Source of the DNA: Ministeria vibrans ATCC 50519
Taxonomy: Eukaryota; Protista; Filasterea
Direction of reading: 5' to 3'
Length of the DNA: 58,102 bases
Assembly: GCA_943704425.1 (NCBI GenBank)
Contig: CALSCP010000281.1
Location: forward strand, 1-58,102
This document shows positions 40,167 through 54,951 of the stretch, piece by piece; the stretch's first letter is position 1; every line of letters begins with the position of its first letter. Below the pieces are notes generated by a model. It did not search any database. It had not been told where the DNA came from and saw nothing but the letters and a program-made list of their open reading frames with translations. Position numbers and translations under genes: made by a program.

Positions 40167-43100
40167 ATGGAAAGTCAACCTCCTTCCGAGGCGGGCCCGC
40201 TGCCCACCCGAAAGTCTGCAATTCTACCGCCGTCGCGCGTGCCCAGCAGTAGTAGCCCTCGAATGTCGGCGCCCGTCGGTGCTCCCCCCCCCGTCGCTCC
40301 AAAGCTCTCGTCGACCATGGCCGCCCGCTCGCCACCTCCCGTCGCGAAAAAGAAGAAGGCTCCGCCGCCCATGCCCGCTCGAAAGACCTCTGTGCTTCGG
40401 ACGGGGTCGTCGCTCTCGTCGTCGTCCGAAGACTTTGGCGCTGCAGCCCCTCCCCCCCCTCCGCAACGCCCAAAACGTCCCTCGCTTGCACCCTCCTTTG
40501 ATGCCCTTGGCGAACAACCACTTGGCGAAGAAGAGGCGAGCGGCGTCAATGGCGACGGGGCCTTAGCAACGGAAACGGTTGGCGGGTCTGCGTCGGACTC
40601 GTCCGCCTCTCTCTCTCGTCCCGTTGCCGCCATTCCCGACAACCACCACGTCGACGAAGCCGACATTTACGCCATGCCCGTCTTCAAGGCGAAGCGCACC
40701 TCATCAACGCGTTCCTCAACCTCAAACACCTCGAACGCAGCGGTGCCTCCCGCCGCCGTCGCTCGCGTCGCCATTCCCGCCCCCAACCCCAACACCGTCG
40801 CACCGCCAGCTCCGCTCCCGAAAAAGACAGCACCCCCTCCACGTCCTGACCGGTCTCAGTCAACGGTGCTTAAGAGCGCCCCGCCACCTGTCGTGCCTCC
40901 TCCCGTTGCCTCGCCACCTTTGAAGAACGCTCGACACAGCCAGACGAGCCAGAACGCACCGCGCCGTGCCCCGGCCATTCCCCCTCCCTCTGGCGCCACC
41001 TCTCCCAACCCCCCTCGATCACTCTCTTCCTGCCCCACTCCGCCTCGTACTGTCGCGGCCCCTGACCCAGCTCCCGTCTCGACTGCGTCCACCCCGTCCA
41101 CTCCGTCGACCCCCTCGTCGTCGGCCAGCTCGAATCGTGCCCCACCTCCGCCGCCTCCGTCGCAGGCCGCAATAGAACTGGTGCGACGCGAGAGAGAGGC
41201 CAAGGAGCGTGCGGCGCGTGAACAGGCACAGCGTCTGCAGGAGGAAGAGGAGGAGCAGGCGCGTGCGGCTGAGGCAGAGCGCCAGTGGGAGCTCGAAGAG
41301 CAACAACGTCTCTTGGCCTTTCAGCGTGAACAGTCCTTGCTGATTCAACGCGAAGAGGACGCGCGACGCCAGAGTCTGCGCGCCTCTCGTATCACCGCCG
41401 AGGGCGACCCCATCCCACACTCAAAAGCACCCATTGCCAACACTGCGGCGGCCATAGCCGCTACCAAGCAACGCGCTGCCTCCATCCCCGATGCAATCTC
41501 GTCGCTTCCCTCCGCCTCCACACTCCTCGACTCGTCTTCTCCGCGCGACACCAAGAAACGTGTGGCCCGCTCGCTTGTCAATCCCGACGGCACCATGGCA
41601 CCTCCCCCGCGCCAACGAATTTCCCTCATTCCCACTACCACCACCCCCACAACCACCGCTGCCTCCTCTTCTTCTTCCTTCTCCTCGCCGGCCGTCTCCT
41701 CTTCTCACTCCAACGCTCCACTCGCCTTACCCCTCTCTATGCATCGCTCCCACGTCATCCCAACGCCTCTCGCGTCTCGTGATTCGTCAACTCTCGTCGA
41801 CTCTCAACGGCAGTCGCAAACACCCGCGCCCGTCAAGTCGAGCGACGACATGCCGCTTCCCGAGGGCTGGGAAATGCGCGTTGAGAAGGAGACGGGTCGT
41901 CGCTACTTTATTGATCACATCAACAAAGCGACGAGCTGGGTAGACCCGCGCGACGCACTTACCAAGCCAAAAACGTTTGAAGAGTGTGCCGGCGACGAGC
42001 TCCCCTACGGCTGGGAGATTGTGGTCGATGGGCGCATTGGACGCTACTTTATCAACCACAATACACGCCACACGCAACTTGAGGACCCGCGCGACCCAGA
42101 TCGACACGCGCGTCAGCGCAGTCTGCTTAAAGACTACATTCGTGTGGCGCGCGAAGGACTCGAGCGTGAGCGTGCGACCCTGCAGCAGCTTGAGGCAACG
42201 CTGAGTCGCGCCGAAGCTGACGTTGCCGAGCTTGTCTCGAACATTGTGGCGTACCAGAAGCAGCAGGAGGACGAGTATGCGCACCAGCCAAGTGTGGCGA
42301 TGCAACTGCAAAGTACCATTGACAACCTGAAGGAGCAGGCAAGCCAGCAGCGGATCGTTGTGGTGAATCGTCGTGCGGAGGAGACGCGTCAGCGGGCTGT
42401 GCTCGAACAGCGCGAAAAGACCTTTCAGTTGCTTGTCAATGTGGAGCGCAAACTTGACGCGACCGAAGGTTACCGGCTTGAAGATGCGCGTCTTGCCGTC
42501 GAAGAGACGGATCAAGTGCAGCTGGCACTTTTGAAGCAGCGCCAGGAGACGGAGGAGCTGCGGCTGCGATGCGAGGCAGCCGTGCACCACGTCAATCAGG
42601 CGGACCACTGGCACGAGAATGGCGACCCACGCACGCTCGACACGGCCGCACTAAATGAGGAAGAACGTGTCATGTACAAGGCGGAGATTCTCGTGTGGCT
42701 TGTCGAAAATGCCGTGTCGCTCAATGTCGTGGACACGTCGCTCGCCGCAATGCTCGACCGGCAGCTGCAAGACGGACGTGTGCATGTTGCCTTCAGCGAG
42801 ATTGGCGACACGCTTCTGGCGGTACTACCCACTATTGCGGTGCTGGAGGAGACACTCGTGATGCACGGCACTCGCATGCAGTTGCTGCAGGAGCATGTAG
42901 CACAGGCAAGCGACGAGGCACGCGCGAGCAACACGTACGACGAGGCGGAGGGCGACGACGGTGACTTCCACGGCAACGTTACTACCAACCAGCTGCTGGT
43001 CATTTGCGACATGTACGAGACCGAGTCGCGTTTGGTGCAGGCCATTGTGGATGTGATTGAGGATCATGTGGGCTTTGACGCGCTCGACCTGACCAACTGC

Positions 43101-44348
43101 GATCAGTTTATCGAGCAACATCGCCTTGATGGCGAGCAGATTCGCTCGGATCTCACCGAACGGCTTGACCAGATTATGCCTCGCTCCTATGTGGAGGCAC
43201 TTGCTCATGCCAGTCTCGAAGGCGACCGCGAGCTCCGTCGTCTCGTTGCCCTTGTCAAACTCGACCTCATTCGTTCGGCGCCAATGAATCTGCCGCCGGA
43301 CGCGCCCCTCTCAGACTTTGTGCCTCTCTTTGACGAAGATGCGTATGTGCGTGCCGTCCATCGGTCCTTTGGCAGCTTGTCTGTGTCGCAGTCCGTCGCT
43401 GGCGCTGCTGCTGCTTCCGCCGTTGCTGCGACAACGGAAACTCCGTTGCGGCAGGACGGCGAGGAGGCGCTGTATGCGAATCTGCAAGATCTGCACAATG
43501 CGGACGCGAGCGAGGCCGAGCCTCTCTACATGAACCACGATGCCTACCGCACGCCCAATGCCGTCGCGTCCGATGCGGATGGTGCAGCAGTGGACGAGGC
43601 ACGCGGCTGGTACGGCGACGACGAACCGCTGTACGAACGACTGGCGGCGGTGGGCCGTGCTCACCGAGTCCACGACCAGCACGCAGTCGCCGATTCTCCT
43701 GACACGACGGCCACCGAGATTGTGTCATCCGAGGTCGCGAAGCTGTCACAAGCAGCGCGACTGGGCCGTATTCTGTTTTCGCTCGACGGCATTGCTCGCC
43801 TCAACGCGTCACCGTCGCCCTCGCCGACGCCCGAGACTCAGTCGTCACCCTTGTCAAAAAACGACAAGCAGTCTCGTTTTGGCACGTTGCGTCGACGTCC
43901 CAGTGTCGCAGTTACGTCGCTACGCGAGGTCACTGCCGACAACCTTGACTCACTTGATGTTCAGCGTAAGCTGTTGGCCGCCGCTCGTCTCGATGCAGTC
44001 GATGCTGCCGCTGCGGTCTCACGCGCGGGCAGTTTTTCAAGCACCAAGAATCCCTACAAGACAACGGTGGCGTCAGCGACCGGGACGCCAACAACGCTCG
44101 AAGCAACGGGGGTTGGGGGCTCACAAAGTTCACTTCAACTCGACCATGGTGTGGTGGCGCCGCTGGAGACGGAAGACGCAGCCGGTGTTGCTCCGACGCG
44201 CACTCGTCTTAACGTTGAGATCAATTTGGCCGTAGCAAAGCGCGAGCTGCTTGAACAACAGGTGCGTCTGGAGGAGGCGAGAAAGGCCGCGCAGACAGCG
44301 CCTTTGCGTGAGTGGGGCACAGTTCTTGACGAAGAGATTATCATTTAA
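40167..44348 (+). CDS. WWC1: Kibra/WWC-family protein: Pro-rich N-terminus, WW-WW, coiled coil; single exon, 1393 aa
   Basis: LPEGWE..YFIDH..TSWVDPRD..TKPKTF.EC..DELPYGWE..TQLEDPR..LLKDY matches the Kibra tandem-WW block including its linker. C-terminal RTRLNVEINLA resembles Kibra RTSLDLELDL. Confidence 0.85.
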   Translation: MESQPPSEAGPLPTRKSAILPPSRVPSSSSPRMSAPVGAPPPVAPKLSSTMAARSPPPVAKKKKAPPPMPARKTSVLRTGSSLSSSSEDFGAAAPPPPPQRPKRPSLAPSFDALGEQPLGEEEASGVNGDGALATETVGGSASDSSASLSRPVAAIPDNHHVDEADIYAMPVFKAKRTSSTRSSTSNTSNAAVPPAAVARVAIPAPNPNTVAPPAPLPKKTAPPPRPDRSQSTVLKSAPPPVVPPPVASPPLKNARHSQTSQNAPRRAPAIPPPSGATSPNPPRSLSSCPTPPRTVAAPDPAPVSTASTPSTPSTPSSSASSNRAPPPPPPSQAAIELVRREREAKERAAREQAQRLQEEEEEQARAAEAERQWELEEQQRLLAFQREQSLLIQREEDARRQSLRASRITAEGDPIPHSKAPIANTAAAIAATKQRAASIPDAISSLPSASTLLDSSSPRDTKKRVARSLVNPDGTMAPPPRQRISLIPTTTTPTTTAASSSSSFSSPAVSSSHSNAPLALPLSMHRSHVIPTPLASRDSSTLVDSQRQSQTPAPVKSSDDMPLPEGWEMRVEKETGRRYFIDHINKATSWVDPRDALTKPKTFEECAGDELPYGWEIVVDGRIGRYFINHNTRHTQLEDPRDPDRHARQRSLLKDYIRVAREGLERERATLQQLEATLSRAEADVAELVSNIVAYQKQQEDEYAHQPSVAMQLQSTIDNLKEQASQQRIVVVNRRAEETRQRAVLEQREKTFQLLVNVERKLDATEGYRLEDARLAVEETDQVQLALLKQRQETEELRLRCEAAVHHVNQADHWHENGDPRTLDTAALNEEERVMYKAEILVWLVENAVSLNVVDTSLAAMLDRQLQDGRVHVAFSEIGDTLLAVLPTIAVLEETLVMHGTRMQLLQEHVAQASDEARASNTYDEAEGDDGDFHGNVTTNQLLVICDMYETESRLVQAIVDVIEDHVGFDALDLTNCDQFIEQHRLDGEQIRSDLTERLDQIMPRSYVEALAHASLEGDRELRRLVALVKLDLIRSAPMNLPPDAPLSDFVPLFDEDAYVRAVHRSFGSLSVSQSVAGAAAASAVAATTETPLRQDGEEALYANLQDLHNADASEAEPLYMNHDAYRTPNAVASDADGAAVDEARGWYGDDEPLYERLAAVGRAHRVHDQHAVADSPDTTATEIVSSEVAKLSQAARLGRILFSLDGIARLNASPSPSPTPETQSSPLSKNDKQSRFGTLRRRPSVAVTSLREVTADNLDSLDVQRKLLAAARLDAVDAAAAVSRAGSFSSTKNPYKTTVASATGTPTTLEATGVGGSQSSLQLDHGVVAPLETEDAAGVAPTRTRLNVEINLAVAKRELLEQQVRLEEARKAAQTAPLREWGTVLDEEIII

Positions 44349-44456
44349 TTTTTGTTTTGATTGTACATGTACATAAACTGAAAGAAACAATTCATCCTGT
44401 GACCAACTTCCAAGTCCCAAACAATATTAATAATTATAATAATAATAAGAAAATCC

Positions 44457-44495
44457 ATAGAGAATCGAGAGCTGTAGCCAATGTCGAAACAAGAC
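44457..44495 (-). repeat. Dispersed ~39-bp element, copy 2 (other copies at 12839-12866 and 46332-46370)
   Basis: Reverse complement GTCTTGTTTCGACATTGGCTACAGCTCTCGATTCTCTAT is 36/39 identical to 46332-46370. Confidence 0.88.
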
Positions 44496-44639
44496 TATAT
44501 ACAAAGCAAAGCAATAATACAATGGTGTTTTTCTTTCTTTTTTTCTTTTTTGGTATTCGTTTCTGATTGATATAATTCTCCTCGTAATTGATTAATGGTA
44601 AAGTTAAAAGTAGTGAGCTCTAACTTTTTTTTTGTATTG

Positions 44640-46743
<2,104 letters not shown>

Positions 46744-46901
46744 AGGAAGGAGAGACACATACATGATGTACACATGACTGTAATAGAATATAATTGTATT
46801 GTATTGTTTCAGGGCGATTGAGATCGGAGGCAATTGAATCACCATGATGTACACATGACTGTAATAGAATATAATTGTATTGTATAGTTTCAGAGAGTTT
46901 T

Positions 46902-48057
46902 TCAACGGCGATTGAGCTCGGAGGCAATGCTGAGTGCATCGTCGTCATCTGAATCGTTGTGACGGACACGGCCGAGTGGACCTAGAAGAGATGAGGCATG
47001 GAAGGAGGCATAACCTCGCTGGGATGTGTGATGGTGCGAGGAGAACGATGGTAATGAGGGACTGTCTGGGTAAGACGCAAGGTTGCGGTGGAGCAGTGAG
47101 TCGTCGTGACTTTGACGAAAGGATCGATCGCGCTCGCGTTCGTGCTCGTCGAGGAGGTGTTGAATTTGTTCGACAAGGTCACGTGCCGATCGCAAGGCTG
47201 GCGAAACTGTCCGGCGTGATGTTACACTTGAGGGTGGTGGGGTGCGAGCTGGTGTAGTGCGTGTTGGACTGTCCGTGTGAGTACGATGAGCGCGCGTGAC
47301 AGAGACCCTTTGAGGATATGAAGCTGGTGAAGCCAATGGCTCAGACGAAGGTTGTCGCTGCTGAGTTACTGTTGCAGTTGCGGCGACAGCGGGCGAGGGA
47401 GTAGTGGTGGTGGTGGCGGTGGTGGCGGGACAAGAAACTTGATGGACAATGTTGACAGGTGCAGGCGACCGTTGCTCGTCGAGACGCTTTTCAAACTCGA
47501 CGATTTTCTCTTCGTACACACGCATCTTCTGTTCAAGAGTCGTCACACTTTCGCCTCGTTCGCGAGCTGCGTCTGCCGCAGTGCGCACCGAGTCGAGTTG
47601 TTCGTGCAGACTGTCTCTTTCCGAACGCAAACTCAACTGTTCATCTAGCAACTGCGACGCGCGAGCCTCTGACGCGGCACGAGCAGCGCGCTCGGCTTCA
47701 AGCTGGCTCTTCAATCGAGCACGGTCGCGTTTTGCCTTTGATAATTGCTGGACAAGCGTAGCAACGCGACGCTTGTCCTCACCGCGCAACGACTGCAGAG
47801 AGGCGCCCGCGTCGCTGCCACCAGGCGACAGCGGCCGCGCAATCAGCTCGTCCGGATCCTTCACTCTACTTTGCAGTGGGCATTGGCACGCCCGCGCCTG
47901 TTTTCCGTGTGTGAGGTTCGCTGTTGCGCTGTGACACTCTACATTGTGTTTTCGAATGTTATTTTTTGCTCTTTTTCAGTGTGCTGTGCTTACCATGTCT
48001 CGGATTGTCCGTCCAATACACTTGATATGCCTGTGGTGGAGCAGACCGTTGGTTCAT
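46902..48057 (-). CDS. Hinderin (KIAA1328)-like coiled-coil protein, 2 exons
   Basis: SLQSLRGEDKRRVATLVQQL resembles hinderin [20 protein letters not shown]; first exon ATG 48057 with a GTAAGC donor. Confidence 0.6.
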
Positions 48058-48335
48058 AGCGACAAATTCGCTTCAGAATTCAATTCTTCAAGAACAAAAA
48101 ATAAGAATAAAATTATAGACTCAACCGTTTATTCATACGACTGACGCAAAAGACAAGATACTGTTTTGCCTGACGGCTGGCTGCCTTGAACAGCCTCAAG
48201 TCATAAGTGACACGTGGTTTAGCACTGAGCCAGCGGGACAGGAGTCCCACAGAAGTCCAATCTTTAATTCATTTGAATATCAAAAAATATAATACTTTTT
48301 ATTAGTCACTACCTTTCCAATCCGGCGCCCTCATC

Positions 48336-51090
48336 ATGTCGTTTACGTCAAAGGCAGCGGTGACTCGCCTGAAGGTGGGCGAGCTGCGAGGCGAATTGAC
48401 GCAACGCGGCCTCGATACGTCCGGCGTGAAAAACGACCTTGTCGATCGGCTGTGGGACGCCATCGCCGTCGAAGTTGCCCAGGGTGTCGACAGCGCTGGG
48501 AAGGGCGACGCGGAGGAGACTGTGGCCGCACAGCAAAGCAGCAACGGCGAATCAACGTCGACTGAAAGTGTTTCGATGGACACGAGTAGCGACCACAGCA
48601 CGCTCCCGTCGGCGCCGGCATCGGCAGCATCGGCAGAAGCATCGGCAGAAGCAGCCGCAGCAGCAGCCGCAGAGGCGGAAAAGAAGGCGAACGAAGCGGC
48701 GACGAACGCAGCGAAAATCAAGCAACTGGAAGAAACGCGCCAGCGGCTGCTCGCGCAAATTGAGGCCTCGGCGGCCGCTCGCAAGCGAGAGTTGGAGGAG
48801 GCAGCATTGAAAGCTGCGAGTGCGACGCCGCCGGCGACGGCAACGACGGCCAAATTGACAGCGGCTCAGTTGAAAAAACGGAAAAAGAAGGCAAACAAGT
48901 TGCTGCGACGACAGCAGGAGCTGGCGGCGAAAAAGAGCGCAGATGGCAACGAAGGGGATACGGAGGGCGGCGAAGAGGACGGTGACGGCGACGACGACGG
49001 CACGATTGCCAATGTTGAAATTGAGTATGTGGTTCAGAAAGTCGACGATGCCACGGCGGAAGAGTTCTCCGATGTGTTTGCACACTTTGAGCGCGGAGGC
49101 AAGGAGCGCACGGACGACGATGAGCACGACGAGGATGCCATGTTGCTGATGATGGCGGGCGAGAATGGCGGCGAGGGTAGCAGCGGATCGGCGGCGTTGG
49201 TGGCGGCACAGGCAGCGGCCGCACGCATAGACACGGAGAAGATGTTGCCTCGCAAGGCAACGGGGGAGGATGGAGACGACGCGGACGACGGAGACGACGA
49301 GCGAGAAGGCGCCGGCTCGACCAAGTTGTCCAAGGGAATGATCCGACGACAGCAGCGTCTGACAGTGGCGGAGCTGAAGCAGCTGGTGGAGACGCCAGAG
49401 GTGGTGGAGACGCACGACGTGACGGCCTACGACCCGCGTCTGCTTGTCTTTCTCAAGGCCTACCGCAACACCATTCCGGTGCCGCAGCACTGGTGCCAGA
49501 AGCGCCGCTACCTTCAGAACAAGCGCGGACTCGAGTCGTCGGGCTACGAACTGCCCGACTTTATCAAACAGACGGGTATCACCGAGATGCGCGCAGCCGT
49601 CGCCGAGCAGGACGAGGGCAAGAACCTCGCTGCCAAGATGCGCGAGAAGGTACGTCCATGTTTACACGACACTTTGATCGAACCTCTAAACACATAATTA
49701 TGTATGTGTCTGTGTGCGTGTGTGTATGTTTTAGGCTCGTCCCAAAATGGGTCGGATGGAAATCGATTATCAGAAGTTGCACGACGCGTTCTTCCGTTGG
49801 CAGGTCAGTCACTTAAAACCACAACGTAATGGCAACTGTAATTTTTTTTCATCCGACCCATTTTGGGACGAGCCTAAAACATACACACACGCACACAGAC
49901 ACATTTTTTTTTTTTTTTTTTTTTTTTTTTGTAGACGCGACCGCGACTGTCGAAAGTGGGAGATGTGTACTACGAGGGAAAGGAGTACGAGACGAACGTG
50001 ACGCATCGTCGGCCAGGAATGTTGTCGGACGAGCTGAAGGAGGCGCTGGGGATGCGCACAGATACGGTGGTGCCGGTGCCGCCGCCCTGGCTCATTGCAA
50101 TGCAGCGCTATGGTCCTCCTCCGGCCTACCCTAGTTTGCGCATTCCGGGTCTGAATGCACCTATTCCGAGTGGGGCACACTTTGGGTACCATCCGGGTGG
50201 GTGGGGCAAACCGCCCGTCGACGAGATGGGCAATCCGCTGTACGGTGATGTGTTTGGCAAGGAGGCACAGGGCACGGGCGAAGTGCCCGACACGGACATC
50301 GACAAGGGCCTGTGGGGCATTATGGAGGTGGATGACGAAGGCAGCGACGACGACGATGAGGAGGAGGAGGATGACGAGAGCGGCGCGGAGAGCGGCGACG
50401 ATGACAGCGACAAGGCCAAGGATGAGGAGGACAACGACGACGACGTGCCCATTGCCGAGACACCCTCAGGCCTGGCCAGTCAGGTGTCGGCAGGCCTTGA
50501 GACTCCGTCGGTCATTGAGCTGCGCAAGCAACAGGTTATTGAGAGTGCCATGGACAGTGGCGAGGAGCAGCGTCGCCTCTACAAGGTCATTCCGCAGCAG
50601 AAAGCGGCCCTTGGCGACTCCTTCCTTGGCTCAACCCACGTCTATGACATGGGCGGCGCCAAAAAGGACTCTGGTACGTGTTAATAATGATTACTACTTG
50701 TGAGCGGAGTTTGATTGACTCGTTATTATTCTTTTTCCCCTATGTGTTTATTTCTTCCTCTCTATTTGTTTCACTCTCTATCATCCTCTTTCACTCTGTT
50801 TTTCTCTGTCCATCGTCTTTTTTATTTTTATTTTTTTTATTTTTTTACTTTTTAAATCTTTCCCCTCCTCTCCTTCGCTAGTGGACATTGCGTTGGATCC
50901 AAGCGAGATTGAGGGAATGGACGAGGCGACTGTACGTGCACACTACGAGAAGAAGATGCAGGAGAAGAAGGCTGGAGGCAGCGGAGATCGCGAGGATCTT
51001 AGTGGTATGGTGGCGGAGCATATTGCTAAGAAGCGCCGACGTCCCGACGACAAGAAGGACTCGTCGGCCGCGAAAAAGTTCAAGTTTTGA
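48336..51090 (+). CDS. SF3B2: Splicing factor 3B subunit 2 (SAP145) with N-terminal SAP domain
   Basis: RLTVAELKQLV, YRNTIPVPQHWCQKRRYLQ, IDYQKLHDAFF, PPPWLIAMQRYGPPPAYP, FGYHPGGWGKPP and C-terminal KKFKF. Confidence 0.96.
49704..49904. repeat. Perfect 55-bp inverted repeat (49704-49758 / 49850-49904)
   Basis: The two arms are exact reverse complements when compared base by base. Confidence 0.95.
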
Positions 51091-51119
51091 AATAATACAC
51101 CACACACTTTCACTTTTTT

Positions 51120-51422
51120 TTACAAACCACTCAACTGCCCGTTCGTGTACGAGGAAAAGAACTGCTTGGCATACGCATAGATGTCGGTGGGCTTTTCAAG
51201 AAGGATTGCTTGCATAAAGTCCCGAAGGAGTGCTTGCAACGCGGGATTTGAGCGAATGTACGCGCGATGTTGCGCCTCGAGCGATTCCTTAAGACCAAAG
51301 AAAAACGTCAAAAGGTATGAGCTAATGAGCGCCCAGTATGATTGTGCATTGTGGTCTACCTTTGTGTCTAAGAAATGCGACACGAGCTCGAGATCGCTTT
51401 CCCACTGTTCCGGTGGATTCAT
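51120..51422 (-). CDS. Mini-protein corresponding to the CATIP C-terminal RIIa-like domain
   Basis: Spliced WESDLELVSHFLDTK/ESLEAQHRAYIRSNPALQALLRDFMQAILLEKPTDIYAYAKQFF resembles CATIP WEEDMELYSKFLDRKEEL..YLRQHPE..LISDF. Confidence 0.65.
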   Translation of the reverse strand: MNPPEQWESDLELVSHFLDTKVDHNAQSYWALISSYLLTFFFGLKESLEAQHRAYIRSNPALQALLRDFMQAILLEKPTDIYAYAKQFFSSYTNGQLSGL

Positions 51423-51663
51423 GCGCTGTTGTCAAGGCGACGCTATTTCAAATTTAAATATTCGGGACGAATGACAAGACAGATTGGAAATTGAATGCTA
51501 AGCAGCAGCCAGAGCTCAAATGGCAGATTCACAGAAGTCCAAAGCACTGAAAAAAGAGAGAAAAGAATTAAGAATTATTATTACTGAATGTGAATTACTG
51601 AATTGTCTCTCTTCAGACCGTTTTGATCATCAGAATATTTTTCTTAAATCTTTCTATCCCAGC

Positions 51664-53199
<1,536 letters not shown>

Positions 53200-53374
53200 G
53201 GCACAGAAAGCGGAGCGTGTGTGAGAGAGATAAGATAGATAGGTAGAGAGAGAAAGAAAAAAAAGATAGAGAAGGGAACAAAGGAAAAGGTGGGTGTAAT
53301 AATAAAAGGAAAAAAAAAAGTTAGGTTGGTGTGAGAAAGAGACAGGGTGTGTTCGTGTGTTTGACACACAGGAC

Positions 53375-54208
53375 TCAACCGCAACAGCCCCCGCCGGCGC
53401 TTGCGCCTGCACCCCCACCAGCACGCGAGTCGTCTTCTATGATAATCGTGCTCTTCTTTCGCTGTGCCATTCCGCCTGCACCTGGGTTCTTCTTGTTCTC
53501 CGCTAACATACCTATAAAAAAAATAAGTACAGTACGGCAAAATAAAACTCAACCCCCCCCAGACTTACTCTTTGTGAGAGCCAAAATCATTTCCTCAATT
53601 CCTCGGTTGAGTTTTGCTGAGGTCTGAAAGTGCTTGGCGCCCACAGATGCCGCATATGCCTCAGCCTCAGACTAGAGCCCCACCGCCACCACCAGAGAAA
53701 GAAAGTTGTTAGCACTCAAAAACTCAAAGTGTCCGTCTTCGATATTACCTGTTCCACATTTCGGTTCTTCTCAAGATCACACTTGTTTCCAGCAATGACC
53801 AGACTAATTTCGTTTCCCAGCATTTTTCTCAATTCCTTTACCCAGTTTTTCACCTGGGAAACAACATTTTGGTCAGTCGATGAAGACCTTACTATTATTA
53901 TTATTATTTTTTTTTTTTTTACCTTTTGGAAGGAATCCTCGTCGGTAATATCATACACTAGAATTGCACCTTTGCTGTCACGGTAATAGATAGGCCCAAG
54001 GGCACGGAAGCGTTCCTGGCCAGCAGTGTCCTGTACCGCGATGACACAAGGAGTGAGTCAGAAAAAAGGTCAACATGTACACACAAACACTTACTCGCAC
54101 AAACCTACACTCACACATACATAAACACATGCTCGCACAGACACAGGCCCACTCAGACATAAACCCACACACTCGCATAGATGTGCACACACACACAACA
54201 ACACTCAA

Positions 54209-54241
<33 letters not shown>

Positions 54242-54951
54242 ACAACAACACACACACACACACACACAATATACGATGCTGTGTGACTAAAGAGACCATC
54301 AAACGCAGAAACTCAATGCGACAGAGGACACATTTGAAACAAAGTATGTCGCGCGAGAGGTAATAATCATAACAATACGAATGTCGTGGCGACAATGAAA
54401 AGAGAAAAAAAAAACTTTTTGAACTACAAGCTTGTTATGGCGACACGAGTGAGTTTCAACGGCGAGGCGGGTGTCTTGGCAAAATGTGGATCAAACGCCG
54501 CAAAGTGTTGTAGTTTGACATCGAGAGAGAGAGAGACAGAGAGTGGATGACCGAAAAAAAAAAAAAAAAAACGAAAAAAAAAAAAAAAAAAACGAAAAAA
54601 AAAACGACCGGGAGAGAGGCAAGGCGGAGGCGCTCTGGCTTACCCAAATGTTCAACGTGACTCTTTGGCCTCCAATGTTGAGGCGTTTCTGTAAAAAGGA
54701 CGCCTACAGTGCGAATGGGAGAGAAAATGAGAAAGGAGAGGAAAGAGAGGAGAAATGAAAGAGACGAAGAGAGCGAGAGGAACGGCGCTGGAGGCCATTT
54801 GGCACGGGGACAAGTACAAAGAGTCGCTTGCCTGGAGGGTCGTGACGTGCTTATCGTTGAAGGTGTTCTCGCAGTAGCGCATGACAAGCGAAGTTTTGCC
54901 GACACATCCTTCGCCAAGTAAGACAATTTTGAACTGTGGTGCGTCTCCCAT
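53375..54951 (-). CDS. RAB21: Rab21 GTPase
   Basis: VLLGEGCVGKTSL, HVTTLQ/ASF, WDTAGQERFRALGPIYYR, GNKCD, TSAK and C-terminal GGCCG. Confidence 0.95.
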
